Shown here: piece after piece, positions 13,066-27,759 of the stretch
Numbering within the stretch: the stretch's first letter is position 1
Layout of the letters: every line of letters begins with the position of its first letter
Source: Glycera tridactyla
Taxonomy: Eukaryota
Length of the DNA: 64,000 bases
Direction of reading: 5' to 3'
Assembly (NCBI GenBank): GCA_965644265.1
Contig: OZ286472.1
Coordinates: 54,808,001-54,872,000, forward strand
The notes under the pieces: model-generated
Databases searched by the model: none
What the model was told of the DNA's origin: nothing
The model's input: the letters and a program-made list of their open reading frames with translations, nothing else
Program-made: the position numbers and the translations under genes

Positions 13066-16000
13066 TAAGTACCAGCAGAATCTCAATTCAAACTGTTTGA
13101 GGCATGATGGGTTACTCGAAATCAATGACCGAGATATCATAATGAATAATATATCATGTTGAATAAGACTGGAGGAAGTCAATGGGCTCATAATCTGTAA
13201 AAATATACCACACACTGTTTATTATATCATATGATTGTCACCTACTAAATACATGATGTCATTTTCAAGATCCATGTAGTTCAACAATATTGGAAAGGAA
13301 ATATAATCAAGCAATTAAAGACAGGAATTCGGGATACTCTTGGTTACAATCCTCTCCGAGAGATCCGCATTGGTTTCATGTTGTTAAATTGTTCATTATA
13401 CATTCACATACCTGAGTGGATAATCAGCTCAGATGTTACTTGATCCCTTAAGGGGGATAAAGCTCAGAACAAGTGAAGAAACCAAGCACTCCACACATAC
13501 TAATACTGATGGTATCTAAAAATAAGCTATCAACATTGAGTAAAGCAGAAGGGATTGTGTAGACTCTACTCATGTACCCTTCCCTCCCGCAGTGACCCCG
13601 GTTTGTAAGAAAAACTGAATTTGTAGTTCTATGTGTTGTTGACAGTCTAAACTGAGGTGAACTCATCTGACAGATTCTAGCTTACATTTTGGATGAGAAA
13701 GACAATTGTTCAAGCAATTCAAACAAACAAAACATGGAAAGCATGTATCAACCAAACGTCACAAGACGATTTTTCAATACCTAAAAAGCAATGAAGTTCT
13801 TCTGTATAGATTACAGTCTTCACCAATATCAATGAAATTTTGTACTGTATACGAGTCTCTCTGAAAGTCAATTATTCTTATGTATATGCCCCAAATTGGC
13901 AGTTGCAGGGGCTTGATTGAATTCAGGTATAACCATATTGGTCCATTGTACACAAAACTCTCAATAAATTGAATCAGCCAATCTGTGGTAATTTCAATGC
14001 ATGATCAAATATCTTTACTTTGCGCCATAGTGGTTTTCATATATTTACAACAGAAGTGGGGAATATTCTCCAATTTTTTTAATACCAGCATGCCCAACAT
14101 TCAGTGAAATCATCCTTTGTCTTTCGACACGGAAGACAGAATATCTGTATACAAGGAAATAAAGTGACTACAGCATCATTCAATCAACAAATCCTTGGTA
14201 AGGAAATACCCAACTTGAAAACCACAATGTACAAATCAATACTTATGCTGGACATCCTTTTCAGGTTGAACATAAATCAAGCTTAGATAATCAAGTCAAA
14301 GGCTGAGTAGAAATAACAAGTACACAATTGACATGAAAAAAACAAAGGCTGATGATATTTTGACATCATCTATGTATTCATGTCACACAGAGTCAATATG
14401 CATTTATAGTGATATCTGTTAAAAACCTCACTCGCGGGTCACTCTTAGCAATCAATCCATCAAACTAAACACAAACATGCAAATGACTTGCACGAGGGGA
14501 GGATCAGTGCGGAGAAAATATGCAAGCAGCTCGTCCCCAGCAAAAGCTACTAGGTGATGACACAAAGCAAGACAAGTTGCAAAATGCAAAGATGGTACCT
14601 GGCAACGGGTACTTTGTCACAGAGAGTGGCAATGGACTGACCGGGTTCAATATGTGATAAATTGGTGGACAAATGACCAGATGCATTAACATGGGAAGCA
14701 TTTGTTTGATGAACCATGGGAGTTTGTGACACTCAAATAATGTGAGGATCACGGTGTATGCTCAGAGCCAAGCAGACAAGAGCTGCCTTTAATTTTCACA
14801 CCTTATGGCTGAATTGATGAATCTGACGGCAAGCTTCCAACCTTTAGCTAAACATAGTAATAATTCTAATTATAACGAGTAATGATGTCAGAATTTGCAA
14901 TGATCGAATAGGAGGATTTCAAATTTATTTGAGTAATGTCATGCGTAAGATACCAAGTATTTGGCTCGAAGAGTAATCATTACTCTGAAATTGTAATGAT
15001 TCGCATCTCAGTGACGGAGTTGGTGACAATTACTACTTTCATGCTTTCCAAAGAGATGTCATACCTCAATAGCGGAACTATTTCAACAGTCATATTACTC
15101 CTAGCAACATCTGTGTCAAGGAAGTGCTAGATCTGAAGATACATATGTAGTTTGGAGTAACTTATTTGGTGGGTAATTTACTTTGAAGTGGATAGGCGCG
15201 GAATGCTGTGAATTCACTCAAAAATCCGTGAATTAAGTGGCAGCCACTCGCTTCCTGAATGAGACATTGAGAGAGGTAAGACAGGTGTCTTTTCCACTGA
15301 GAATTTTCGTAATATGACCATCTGAATCTGTCAATAATAATCTACTCTGTCAAAACTATCCTATTTGTATCAATCTATCTTCAGCAGCAATTTCGACAAC
15401 TGTCCATGAAGCATCAGATTGGGATAATATCTGAATCATTTCCATGAACTGAACAGATTCACAGATCAATGAAAATTATCTCCACTATATCACCGAGGAC
15501 CTGTTCTGTCAACTGACCTGGTGAGACCTCTCTCTGAGATCGTTGTACCTGCATTGGATTTATTCACTTCTGGTTTTGGAAATCTGTCAGGTATGAAAAG
15601 CTTTGCAAAGCTCATATTTGTGAAGCAATTTTTTTGAAAGACACTGATGACCTTTATCTATCTATCTATCTTTGACATGTATCTATCCTTGTTGATAAAT
15701 CAATACTGGTGAAGTGTGTTAAATGATGACAGCGGCAGGGCTGTTCATTGCATGTCACACCCTGAGCACACCACCGCTGACTGCCTGCAGGATTTGCATG
15801 ACACAGGCTCCCATGGCTGAGCACATACCTGTATTGAATAGGATGGACTGTACAGGTGGGAGGCTCCATTCTAGAAAATCAACAGAATATCCAAAAAATA
15901 CATTTTCGTTGGCCAGACAAAAAGCAATCAAGGCTGGGCACAGTTTGATGGATCCTATGGAATTGGGGATGGAGGATTTTACTCGTACATAAGAATCTCT

Positions 16001-16796
16001 TCCAAATTTTGGCATGATAAAAGCTGATTGTCTTGAAAGTAAGCAATATGAAATATGCTGGATTGATTCCGTCTTGGACTGCATATATATGAGACAGATC
16101 CTATCCCATGATCCTGAATTTCTCATGTGATATCTGTGTTTAAATATTTGCAGTAGTTCAGGTGAAGATTTGGAGAAAGTAAACATCCAACTGCTGGGTA
16201 TACAGAGAGTATGTATAATATGTTCCCATAGTATGATTCTCGTCATCAGGTTCATAATTCAAACAAAGGACGTTGCCATTGACATTCAGTATACCGAAAA
16301 ATCATACACTGCAACTTTAATTAAATTTGTGGCAAAGTGAATGGTTTTTTGAACCATAGAGGCTGTAATTGTCTGTGATATAATTCAAAGTCCACAAAAT
16401 ATCTTAAGATAATTTCAATTTTCACTTGCCAAATGAGTGATACCCTGTGTATCACGCTTATTTCAATCACCCAGTGATGACATGAAGAATACAAATGAGT
16501 ATTCTTCGACAATGTCACAATAATGTACTGTGTCAGACACGGATAAAGGTTAATTGATGATTCCATTAAGCCAATCAATTCAGGAATTATTTCTGAGCTA
16601 TTGCCGATTGGCATTGGATCCTGATCCTGAAACATGCACTGTACTGAGAAGATGTATCAGAAGGGTAGGTAGAAAACAATTGACACCTTTTTTGACTCAG
16701 TCTGTGAGGGCATGAAAGGAGGGGTTGGAGGTCATGTGGGGGGTTGGGGTTGGGGAGCCCAAGGTTGAGTGCAGACAAGCAATCCAAGAATCTAAC

Positions 16797-16829
16797 CTGA
16801 TTCATCTCCCATTCAACCTCATGATTACC
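16797..16829 (-). CDS. mbl: Candidate 33-nt in-frame cassette exon (GNHEVEWEMNQ)
   Basis: cattttcag|GGT…CAG|gttaga, phase 0-0, no stop; short polypyrimidine tract. Confidence 0.28.
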
Positions 16830-19670
16830 CTGAAAATGCGCCATTTTGGGGATTGAACCAATGCAATGCAGATGGGCATTGAACTAGAATTTTGATAAAT
16901 AATGTTTCAAAATCAAACTGATGGAGAATGCATCAATTGGACATAGAATGACAGTGACCAGAATGATGGCAACATCGGGATATCATGAGGCTGAGAGGAT
17001 CAAAGCAGATGTTAGTATAAGGTGAACCTTAACCCTACCCAGGCCAAATCAATTTTTCAAATATTTTCAATATCATCCATACTGAAAGCAAACTCAACTT
17101 TGCTAACTGATTCGTGTATTTGGCGAATGGTTAGACAACAAATAGGATAGCCAGGTTTCAGACATCCTAAATCGAAATCATTTGTACCAAAAACTCAAAT
17201 CAAAGTGATAGCAATCAATGTCTTCCTGTGTCTCAAATCAAGTCAAGACAACCCACTAATATGGTGGAATAGGACAATATATCTCGGCCAATCAATTCCA
17301 AAATGCGTCAGTGATTATCAATCATTCACATTCATCCAAAATTTCACATTTGTGGCTATGAATCAACAAACTAGAAAGTTGTAAACACTGCACACACAAA
17401 GTCAATGGATGACACTTGACAACAGTGATTTGAATCAAGCAAAGAATGTTTCACTGACCTCCTTATAGATGATAATTTTCAGCATCAACATTTGAGGAGT
17501 GGAACCAGTACAAGGTTGCACTCCTCTAATGGAGATTCTAATCTACCCATGAGTACAAAGTTGCTTGGCAAGTGGGTTACCAAAGTGCATTCTTTACCAC
17601 AATCAGATCTCTGACAAATGACAATTACTCTACAAGTTGCCTGCACATAGTATCTGGATCATGTGGCATAAAAGCAAGGAAACCATGCCCATATGAGATC
17701 ACAACAGTACTAAACAATGATGAAACGATTCAGTATTTATTTTGATCCCAAGCCCTAAAAACCCTATCACAATTTCACCTTGTGTTGTAGTATGTTGTGA
17801 GTATCATGCTGAGCATGTGCTTTTACTATGCTCGGTGCAATTAACACTTTTGCCTCCACTTTTGTCAATAGCACACTGGTACATACAGTGATGTCAATCC
17901 GAGGGAAGAAATCAACAGATATTTGTACGTTTGAGTCCGCTGAAGATAATACAATGTAAAAGTATATGTTTTGAAAATTTTCAGTCTGATTCCTGCAACT
18001 TCTTAATCTAAATTTTCAGCCAATATTTGGAGTTCACTTTCGTTTGGAAAATCAACATCACTGTACATGACATTCCTTTTGTTCCCTCACAGTTACTTTC
18101 GTTGATTTCACTGAGTTGGATACAATCAAAACATGGACAGATAACGTCAGCATGTACTTGTGGCTGATGCACAAATGTGGCCACATTAGGCAAAGAGTTA
18201 ACACAAAAAACTGTTTTGTGTAACAAATAAACACACTGGAAGATTGACATACAAAAATAAGCAGAAAGCGAAGTCGAAGCAAACCAAAAAGAAAGAAGAA
18301 TGAGTTGAAGGAAAAAACATTTCACAAGCTGAGAATTCACAAGATTTACAATATTTTTTTTCAATGTAATCAAGTGTTTGATAACAATAGTTTTGATATC
18401 AATTTCAGCATTAACTTTTTCATTCACATATTTGAAACCATTAAATTTAATATTAGGCTATTCATGTGAGAAGTCATGGTTTAATTATGTCATTATTGCC
18501 TGCTCAATAATATCCAACAGGACATTTTGGCATCACTCAGTGAACAAAATAGTACCTCACATGATTTCCTGTCATCAAAATCCACCCCAGAATACAGACA
18601 GGGTTTTGAAATGCCATGTTCCATCTTGGCATATGGCCATGATGATATTTCTTCAGTAGCTTTGTCCAGGTGACAGATTAATCCACAGATACAACTGACA
18701 GTGTGATTGGTTACTCTTGCATTTGACACCAGGTGGCTGACAAAATGATTCACTCATGTGACACCAGGTGATGATAATACACCAATACATCCTGTGGACT
18801 GAGGAGAAACAGTTTATCTGACTGGTGATAATTCTTTACCATTGCATCTACAATGTGATGCCAATGAGATATGATTGAATGTCCTGAACAATATCTTCAG
18901 TTCATATTTTGCACTAATATGAAATGCCTGAGCTAGGCAACAAGTTTAATCAAACTTCGTCACTCATGAAGATGTCAATCAATAGTCGCCTGACTGATTA
19001 GATCACCTGCCCTAAAGACTAGCAATTTTGAACCAATTCAACTGGATCTTATTCCACTTTCCAGAAGCACATATGCTCTGAAAGTTTCTCTGAAGCTTTT
19101 CTCACAAGATTGATTGATCACTGATTCACTACATTGAATTGTGCAGATTTAACAGCAGCAGTAGCAGCAAACTATTGTGTTCAGGTAGGAATATAATACA
19201 AAATAATGTGAGAGAGAAAAGAGAGAGAAATTGCACAAGAGCAAGCACATTATTGTTTTAGTGCCACACCAACAATTACATCATCAGGGCAATTATGACC
19301 ACATCAAAATCAATCATTTTCAGAAATCTCAAAATCCAACAGATTAGATTCTCTATGCACAACATTCTCTATGCACAACTTTTAATCTTTTGACTCGATT
19401 TGTAAAATGATGTAAGAACCTGGCAAACATTTGGGAATAGGCCCAGAAGGGTTCCTACCAAATGTTAGCCAGAAACACCGAAAATTCCAAGAGATGTAGA
19501 ATCGAAACTGATGGGGAATTTTTCAGTCAATATAAGACGATTGCAGTGATGATATTGATGGGAATTACGATGCAAGAATGCAACACATTGCAGCCTCGAT
19601 AAGGCTGGATGTGTGTGGTAGCCGTGGTGATGAGTCACAAGATGGAGTTGTGATGGGCAGCGAAACATAC

Positions 19671-19712
19671 CTGGAGTGAGTACTGGGGACTGTATATGTG
19701 TGTGCTTCCATT
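19671..19712 (-). CDS. mbl: Candidate 42-nt in-frame cassette exon (NGSTHIYSPQYSLQ)
   Basis: Branch-like cactgat, tract ttttcactgttgtttgtttgtag|AAT…CAG|gtatgt; AG-free stretch of about 75 nt upstream; phase 0-0, no stop. Confidence 0.6.
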
Positions 19713-20294
19713 CTACAAACAAACAACAGTGAAAATCAGTGAGATACAAACAAGTGAGATGTGCACATACAAACAACAAGAAACGAGACTGCCTCACAAA
19801 TAGAGATTTGCATTCTGAAAAGAAGGTGGGTGTTCCTTGTCACCGTGGATTCCATCTGAATAGTCACAGCAACAATGGACACCTACCAAATTTTCAGACA
19901 TGGGCGAAACTTGAGTGTGCGAGGCAGATCTATTCCGGAGCCAATTAAACATGAGATCTACAATGTAGTGATCCAAATGAACAATATATATCTACATATA
20001 CATACACAACCATCAGGTTAATATATAGTCTACACATAGAGTACAACTCATTTCCTGCTTTACCATGAGTACATTTAGGTTCTAACGAAATAAAAACTCT
20101 ACTCACAAGAGAAATTCATGCCAAGCCTCTATTATGTTCATGCAGCTTATTCCTATCATGTGTTAGTATGTGTTTTCCCAGCTCACAGCTAAATATATAG
20201 TGTGATTCTGTGCGACAATACACAACCGTATCTATAGGTGAAAAATTGCCCAAATGCACTATCATGACGGCATCCAGTCCTGAAACCATACATA

Positions 20295-20445
20295 NNNNNN
20301 NNNNNNNNNNNNNNNNNNNNNNNNNNNNNNNNNNNNNNNNNNNNNNNNNNNNNNNNNNNNNNNNNNNNNNNNNNNNNNNNNNNNNNNNNNNNNNNNNNNN
20401 NNNNNNNNNNNNNNNNNNNNNNNNNNNNNNNNNNNNNNNNNNNNN
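20295..20445. other. Assembly gap (N)
   Basis: Run of N. Confidence 1.
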
Positions 20446-21092
20446 GTGTCAAACCATTGGCATATACTATGCTCCATCTTCACTGATAATCATTGAATTT
20501 TTATGATCTAAAAACCCAAATATTCGGGACAAAAAGACATTTTTTATCACACTATTTCTGGCTATACCTGCCCTCAAAACGTGAAAACTCACAGATCACC
20601 TGGCTGAGTACATCCCTGTCATAAGATACTTCTGTGACTGTGCTTTGGCCCACAGTCATAAATACAGGGCCCTTACATCCAGTGTCCTAAATACTGGAAT
20701 ATCTTGACTTTGCCCATTTCATGGTCATCATAATAGACTAACCATGACTCTATCCAGTTCAACAATCATACATAGTGCCTCCACGCAATTTTTCCTAATA
20801 TACATGGGTTAAGTCGGCAGAGAGTGGTGGTGGGGCAATGGGCGGGAGTGTGCCGTGGGTGGATCGAGTGCACACAGCAACAAGTGGTGTGTGTACACAG
20901 GCGCCTGCCTCAGCAAATACACACTACCTCCAGTCAATTCACCATGCTTTATTATCATCACATTTTTATTTGTGCCACAGAGGAGCTGATATACATCTCA
21001 GGCCTGAACAGATGGAGTTTGAAACTCAAGCTTCACTTGATGTCATTATATACCCATCTCAATACCATGATGTGATACTCATGCAATGATTA

Positions 21093-21262
21093 NNNNNNNN
21101 NNNNNNNNNNNNNNNNNNNNNNNNNNNNNNNNNNNNNNNNNNNNNNNNNNNNNNNNNNNNNNNNNNNNNNNNNNNNNNNNNNNNNNNNNNNNNNNNNNNN
21201 NNNNNNNNNNNNNNNNNNNNNNNNNNNNNNNNNNNNNNNNNNNNNNNNNNNNNNNNNNNNNN
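21093..21262. other. Assembly gap (N)
   Basis: Run of N. Confidence 1.
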
Positions 21263-22931
21263 TTGGCACATTGAGAGCCACTGACATTTCTTAAGCTCCA
21301 TCATCATTAAAATTGCCATTTTCTAGTTAATGTTGATCCGCTCATATTCATCTAATATTCCAGAGTAAAAAGTTCCATGCATATGCCAGTATATGCTGTA
21401 CATTCACAGCTCTACATGCCATTGCGATTTGAAAATAGAGAAATGATGGCAAGAATCACAAATGATACAGAGGAATCAAATAAAAGTGCAGAACCACTCT
21501 TTACACTGATTCCTGCAAAATTTTATCATGCTAACTCTAAAGTGGATTCTATCATATTTCATTAATATGATGTTGACCTGTACATCTGAATGCACATCCA
21601 TTACAGCACAGGTCAGAAGAGTAAGTTGTTTGTGTTGTTTCTTCACAAAGCAGTTCAAAGTGGTCAGAGGAATGCCGAGTCGAAGCCAAGTATTTGTGAC
21701 CCCACGAGGACAGCATGGTGAATAATGCACCATGAAGGAATAGTGGACCGATGGCATTCTCAGTTAGCCCCCTCTCTAAACCGCAGTCTCTTAAACTGCA
21801 TCAAGACTGCATCGCATCACATCTCAATGCAATGACACCTCAACAGACTTCACAACATGCCCAGAGAGACCCGCCAATGAACGCCAATGAACGAGCCATA
21901 GATCAAGGTGGAAGGAGGTCATGTGACCAATATGACACAGTCGCCATGACAACACAAACAAAGGCACCTGTAGCCAGCCATGTCTTGAATGTCTCTTGAC
22001 TTGCTCAGTGACAAAGAATTTGATATATTGCACTGGCTGATCTACATGCCTACAATACACCATACCATCAATCAAAGGTCAAATTAGCCAGTGACCTTCA
22101 TGCTCTCCGATACACCAGAGAAAGAATTGAGCCAGATGGTCAATCAGTCATATCTCATGCTAGCAAAAATATCCACCAATACAAAGAATAAGGGACAAAA
22201 TACAACCCCTGTTGCATGCTTGAAATACAATTTTCACATGAATTCCTCATGTGAGGAACTGGAAGGGCCTTGAATGAGGAACAAAAATGGGATCTTGAAC
22301 CTGTGACTGGTGCACCTAAAGTGAGCACAAGGCTGTGAGCCATGCTTTAAAAAATGACAGAATGGGAACCCAAATAATATCTTGCCATAAATATGTTGCA
22401 ACTGAATCGGAACAAGCTTCATGGAATATAATCCAGTGTGAACCAAGGGACAGAATCCATGCAGTTTGACATGACAGAGTGCCACCTGCCCATTGTTCCA
22501 AGGGCAAATTCTGTTTACATGTTGCCATAACAGCAACTAACGAGAGTATTGTTCACATGGCAGGGTTGTCACAACTCATTGGTCCGAGGAGTGATTAACG
22601 GGCACAACGCAGTCATTTGTGTCAGCGCTGGTAAATGAAGCAAATTAAAACATGCTGCCCTATCATTTATCTATATTGACTATTCTGACAAGCTAGTCCT
22701 AATAACGTTGATTAATTTATTTGCTCTTCTCTGTTGTTTAGGTAGTCTAGTTTGGAGTACTGCTCAAATAACTATTCATTTGGCACTGCCGGTTGCAGGT
22801 GATCGAAGCTATACTGAATGTTGATGGTGAACTGATGGCATCTGCCTACTTGGGCTTTGCCTATTGCCAAAATCTTCAGACAATTTGCAAGAACACTCGA
22901 AACACTTCCAATAGACAGCTCATAGGACATT

Positions 22932-23186
22932 ATGGTACTTATTTCCTGGTGCCAGGTACCAGATACCTCATATGAGGTATACATACTGTCAATCACACTT
23001 GACAATCTTGAAGGCCTGCAGACTAATCAGAGGCCACTGGAGATTCTCCTGGAAGGCAGTATCCCTGTGCTAGGATGTGTGCAAGGAGATGCATTGGCAG
23101 CGCTCCGTTTCATACTCAGCATGCATACGTATCCAGTTACGTCACCAGGACTTTCACAAATCCTATGGAAAATTGGGAGGAGTTGA
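22932..23186 (+). pseudogene. Possible decayed non-LTR reverse transcriptase fragment
   Basis: IPVLGCVQGDALAALRFILSM resembles the RT motif I…GV.QGD.LSPLLF; no YADD found downstream. Confidence 0.3.
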
Positions 23187-24560
23187 AGCCCGACATATAT
23201 AGTATGAGACACAGGCAACATTAGTCTGTATTAGTCAAGAAGGCAGTGGTGTAAACACGTTGGAACACCTATCTTCATTAGCTCGAACCTAGGTCCTTGC
23301 ATGTTGTTGAGTAGCATCTCTACCATGTTCTTTGTGTAACGTGACAACCACTACAAACGAGTCTGTGTGGCATCCTCAAAGAAGACAAGAATACACCTGA
23401 CATTCGTTATGCAGCTAATCTATGTGAACCAATTAGGGATTCTGGTGCGCAGCTGTGTGAATTATCTTCATTTGGTGCAGATAATGATCTCTGTACTCCA
23501 TCATACCAATGTGTATAGCCACACAAAAAAATGATGATATAATGCAACTGTACTGCTATTGGTGCTGGGCGTTTTCCTTTGTTAACGCATGTCTACAAAA
23601 TCAATCCTGCCTCTAGACTGTACCCATATCTCATGAATTGCATCAATATCTTCTTGAAATACCTGCTTGCGGAGAATTTCATTGCTTATCCACCTAAACA
23701 GAGTTGCTAACTCGCTATTTGATACAATTGCATTCAAAGATGAGATCCCAAACTATGAGACAATTAACCAATACTAACTAAAGGTCTGAAAGCATTGCAG
23801 TATGACAAGCATAAAAACCTCAGTGCTCCCTCAATTCTAATGAAAGAATTGTCTGGTGTGGGCTATGCCTGTTCAGCCATGCTAACATCAGGTATGGTAA
23901 ATCTAGTAATACGGCCAGTGTGCCAAAGAACCAACTCAAATCTATAACCACAAAGTATCAATTTTGCTGTGTGTTACAGATGACAAGCATTCTTTCAATC
24001 CTTGGAAACATGGAGATATATGGCAGGGAAGAAAAGGCTAGGCAGAAAATTTCAAGACAACAATCGAATATAAGAACTGGAGAGCCGGGAAGCAATATGG
24101 GTCAAACTGTAGTTGAAGCAAACTTGAAGGACTCCCAAACAGTTCTTCAAGATGTATTAATGGTGATCTATTTTGATTGGCTAGTATGCCTCTTCTGCGA
24201 TCCTTTGTCTGGCTTTGAGGGCAATGTCAACATACTCGACAAGAATCGATAGCAACTGGTGGTACTCAGAGGAACTATGAGAGACACAGCGCAAACACGG
24301 CAATGTAGAGTGGCCACCGAATGTGTGTATTATCATTACTGTTCTTATGAACTACTGAGCGGCCGCTACACACTTAAACATCATCAACAGTTGAGTGGTC
24401 AATGCATACATATATGCATTCACTACCAAAACCAGTATGGCGATTACAAACAAATGCAATCATCACCAATACTCAAGTGGATGATGATACCTATCCACAA
24501 TCACCGCTCACAAGAAAGCACCCAATGCACACCTATATGATCACCATTTACAACTAAGTG

Positions 24561-24790
24561 GTTTGTTTGTTTGTTTGAGTTTAACGTCACTTAAACCCCC
24601 TTGGGTTATATTGGACTGAAAAACCTGAAAATGCTGAAGAAAAGAGACACTGCCTGCTGGGGGCCGCCCCTACTCTTTGCGAAAGACAGCAGTGGATCTT
24701 TAACGTGCGTAAAGAAAAAGGCTCCTAAATACACGGCCGGCCTTTGATATCCCAGTCGGCATGACCACTGCACATAAAGACCACTGACAA
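24561..24790 (-). mobile_element. 5'-truncated SINE with (AAAC)n tail and Nin/Deu-type central domain
   Basis: Minus strand reads …gcacgttaaagatccactgctgtctttcgcaaagagtagggg…acgttaaactc(aaac)n. The CACGTTAAAGA…AAGAGTAGGG core resembles the bilaterian Nin-domain SINE core as I recall it. Confidence 0.6.
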
Positions 24791-27532
24791 AGTGGCACAA
24801 ATTTGCTATCTGAAATTAGGGACCAACTCCATAATAGGAATGAGAACACAAATGGGAAGCTGCTCAAAATTCAAAACATGGAAAGCACAGGACAGCTGAT
24901 CACAGCTGGACATGGAAATACACGTAATAGTGGCCAGGTGGCACAAAGCAGCTTACAGCGAATTCTGTTCACCACTCCCTACATTGACTTAACACACAGC
25001 ATCGACTGCGATTCAGTGAGTGGAATACTTGAACAGTTTGTGGAGGTGTCCGATAATTGGCCGAGTAGACGGAAGACAAAGAGCGCCAGCAAGAGCATAC
25101 AACACACAATCATCAGACAACATTCAATGTATGTTTGAAACAAGCATCGAATAATGGGGCTGTGCCAATTATTTACATTATACAAAAATGCAACAGTTAA
25201 CCATGGATGGGCGTATCAGCCGCAATATATATAATATGCTAAAATAAACTATGATGCAATTGACTTCCCACAACGAATATCCAGGATTTAAATAATCAGA
25301 AGAGTATCATGGCCTCTATACATTCTTATTGAGTCACCCAAATGAACCAGGCCAATGCAAACAGTCGTCATGCTGTCCAGAATGAGGCGTGTAACCCGAT
25401 GCTGTGGGTCTGAGCACTCAATCTCAGACAAATGGAGAAGAAAGGTGCGAAGCCAGCCATTCGAGCTGAAGACAGATCCAATTGCATTATTGCCAGTCAC
25501 CTAATGCTGACCAAATAAGATTCACACATCTAGATGGATGGTATATTCATAAATATATTGATTTTAAGTGGCATCACAGATAAGAGTGGCTTTCCCCCAA
25601 TGTCTGATTAATACAAATACCGATTTTGATATTCAGTGGTTTCGACTCAACTGGTCACTCGAATTACATTCTGTGATGGGAGACCACCATATATGACAAC
25701 ACAAACAGGCCTTTTGAAATAGATGGTCTCTTATTGGGAGGGGGGGGGGGTACATATGAATATTTCCGAAATAGATGTAGTCTTTCTCTCTCAATTACGA
25801 GTTTGAAAATCAGAAACCCCTGAACCAAAATATCAAGGGGATCAGATAGGAATTTCAGGTCACATAATTCCAGGTGGTGCATCATGAAAAAGTAAACTCT
25901 GAAAATGATATTCTCATCATATGTATTGGGCTACTTCAGCGATGTATCTGGGCAGCGCCGAGTGCGCCATGGCGTGTCATATACTAAATGGGCGCATCTT
26001 GTTATAATCAAATGGGCCGACTATGGCGCACTGGGTGAGGAGGCAAGAACAGCTGGTGGCCAGGATCAGGTTACAAACCCTGTCTCCTCCACCCTGACCC
26101 AAAATAAGTACCAACCTCTCCACACAAGCTGGCATGAAGCAGGTCATAAATGAACCATGCTAATTACCAGTCTTTGCAGAATTCATTGAAGACCATTCAT
26201 TTAGTAGGTATTTAACTTTTATCTCTCCACATACACGAATTTTCCTCATGAAATCACATGTGTATACTTGTATAATGAGATGACCTCCACACTCTCTACA
26301 TATTGCATTGGCTGGAGCCAGCCCTAATAGGGTGGCATTAGATGCAGATTTTAACACAGATTACAGCAAAATCTGGGTCCCATTTTCTTTCTGGCATATA
26401 CCACAGAACCCTTACTAGAAAGTTGGAACAAAATTTCTGAGATTATTTTTTCCCAAGTTGATGTAATGGGGATTTTATTTTTCAAGATAAATACTTGAGT
26501 GTTTGAATCAAAACCCCACACTCCATACAGAGACAAACTCCCAAACCCTTCTACACACAGATAATTCTAAGAACATTTTGTGTAACAATGAGACACATTT
26601 CAGAGATTTTATGTGATAATTTGGCTGATTAAAGTCAGTGGAGAGCAATATCCTCTTCCGATAAAGAGACTGTGATCAGTGATGTACTATCCAACATGTC
26701 GATGAAAACTTTCTATGCTTGCATTAAAATTTGGTCTATGTAGAAAAGGTGACCTCGGTAGAGAGAAGGTGAAAACGAGTTTGCACATTCTATTTATTTG
26801 CATACAACTTTCATATTGTTTCAGGTGTAAGGAGGTTCATTCTTACATCAGAAAGTATGATGAAGTTGGAGATGGTACTATATGAGCATGCTAATATTGC
26901 TGGTTCCACTCAAAATGTGCAGACTCGTTTTTATCAATTTTTTATATATTATTGGCCACGCGACACATGCCTCGGCCCACAGATCCTGAAATCGGCCCAC
27001 TGTTTTCCCACTGAGTGGGCCATCGGCCCAGTCTTTTTTTGAGCCAGATACATCGCTGCTACTTTCATATAAATATGACATGAATATGTGATATTGCTGC
27101 TGAAGACAGCAGTGATAATCCATCCCCCAACTCCCCAAAAAGCTGTTCACCACAGATGCTAAAACCACAGCGGTCAGTCTGAGATCTATTCTGTAGAACC
27201 TGGGGATGAATGGGCACCATGCAGATTCCATTCCCTGAATATCCATAATTATCTCTACCTACAGATATAATGACAGTCTGATTTGATAGAGTGATATCTG
27301 GTGAACTAGCAGTTCACGTTGATGAGGTCGAGTGATCTGAACAGCTAACATTGATGGATGATGTAGTGAGATGGGTACTCCCAAAATGGAGGCCTAGAAC
27401 TGAGAAAGGGGACCTGTCTGATGAGTGCTTTACGTGACAACCTGTGCTATATTACCACACCAAACATCAATGGGACAGGGTTCTACGAATGCAACGATTG
27501 GAAATCTCCATCATCATATCCTCTTTGATGGC

Positions 27533-27759
27533 NNNNNNNNNNNNNNNNNNNNNNNNNNNNNNNNNNNNNNNNNNNNNNNNNNNNNNNNNNNNNNNNNNNN
27601 NNNNNNNNNNNNNNNNNNNNNNNNNNNNNNNNNNNNNNNNNNNNNNNNNNNNNNNNNNNNNNNNNNNNNNNNNNNNNNNNNNNNNNNNNNNNNNNNNNNN
27701 NNNNNNNNNNNNNNNNNNNNNNNNNNNNNNNNNNNNNNNNNNNNNNNNNNNNNNNNNNN
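27533..27759. other. Assembly gap (N)
   Basis: Run of N. Confidence 1.

Noticed and set aside
14550-14752. Candidate exon ending GCCAG|gtacca with downstream YGCY/TGCATG
   Set aside because: The phase-0 frame has a stop, and there is no good acceptor that fits the frame.
15723-16700. Long, nearly open frames on both strands
   Set aside because: Possibly decayed TE coding, but no motif I can name.
26069-26082. Third cag|GGTTT|gt match
   Set aside because: Upstream is purine-rich (ggtggaggagacag) with no similarity to the 33-mer; chance match.
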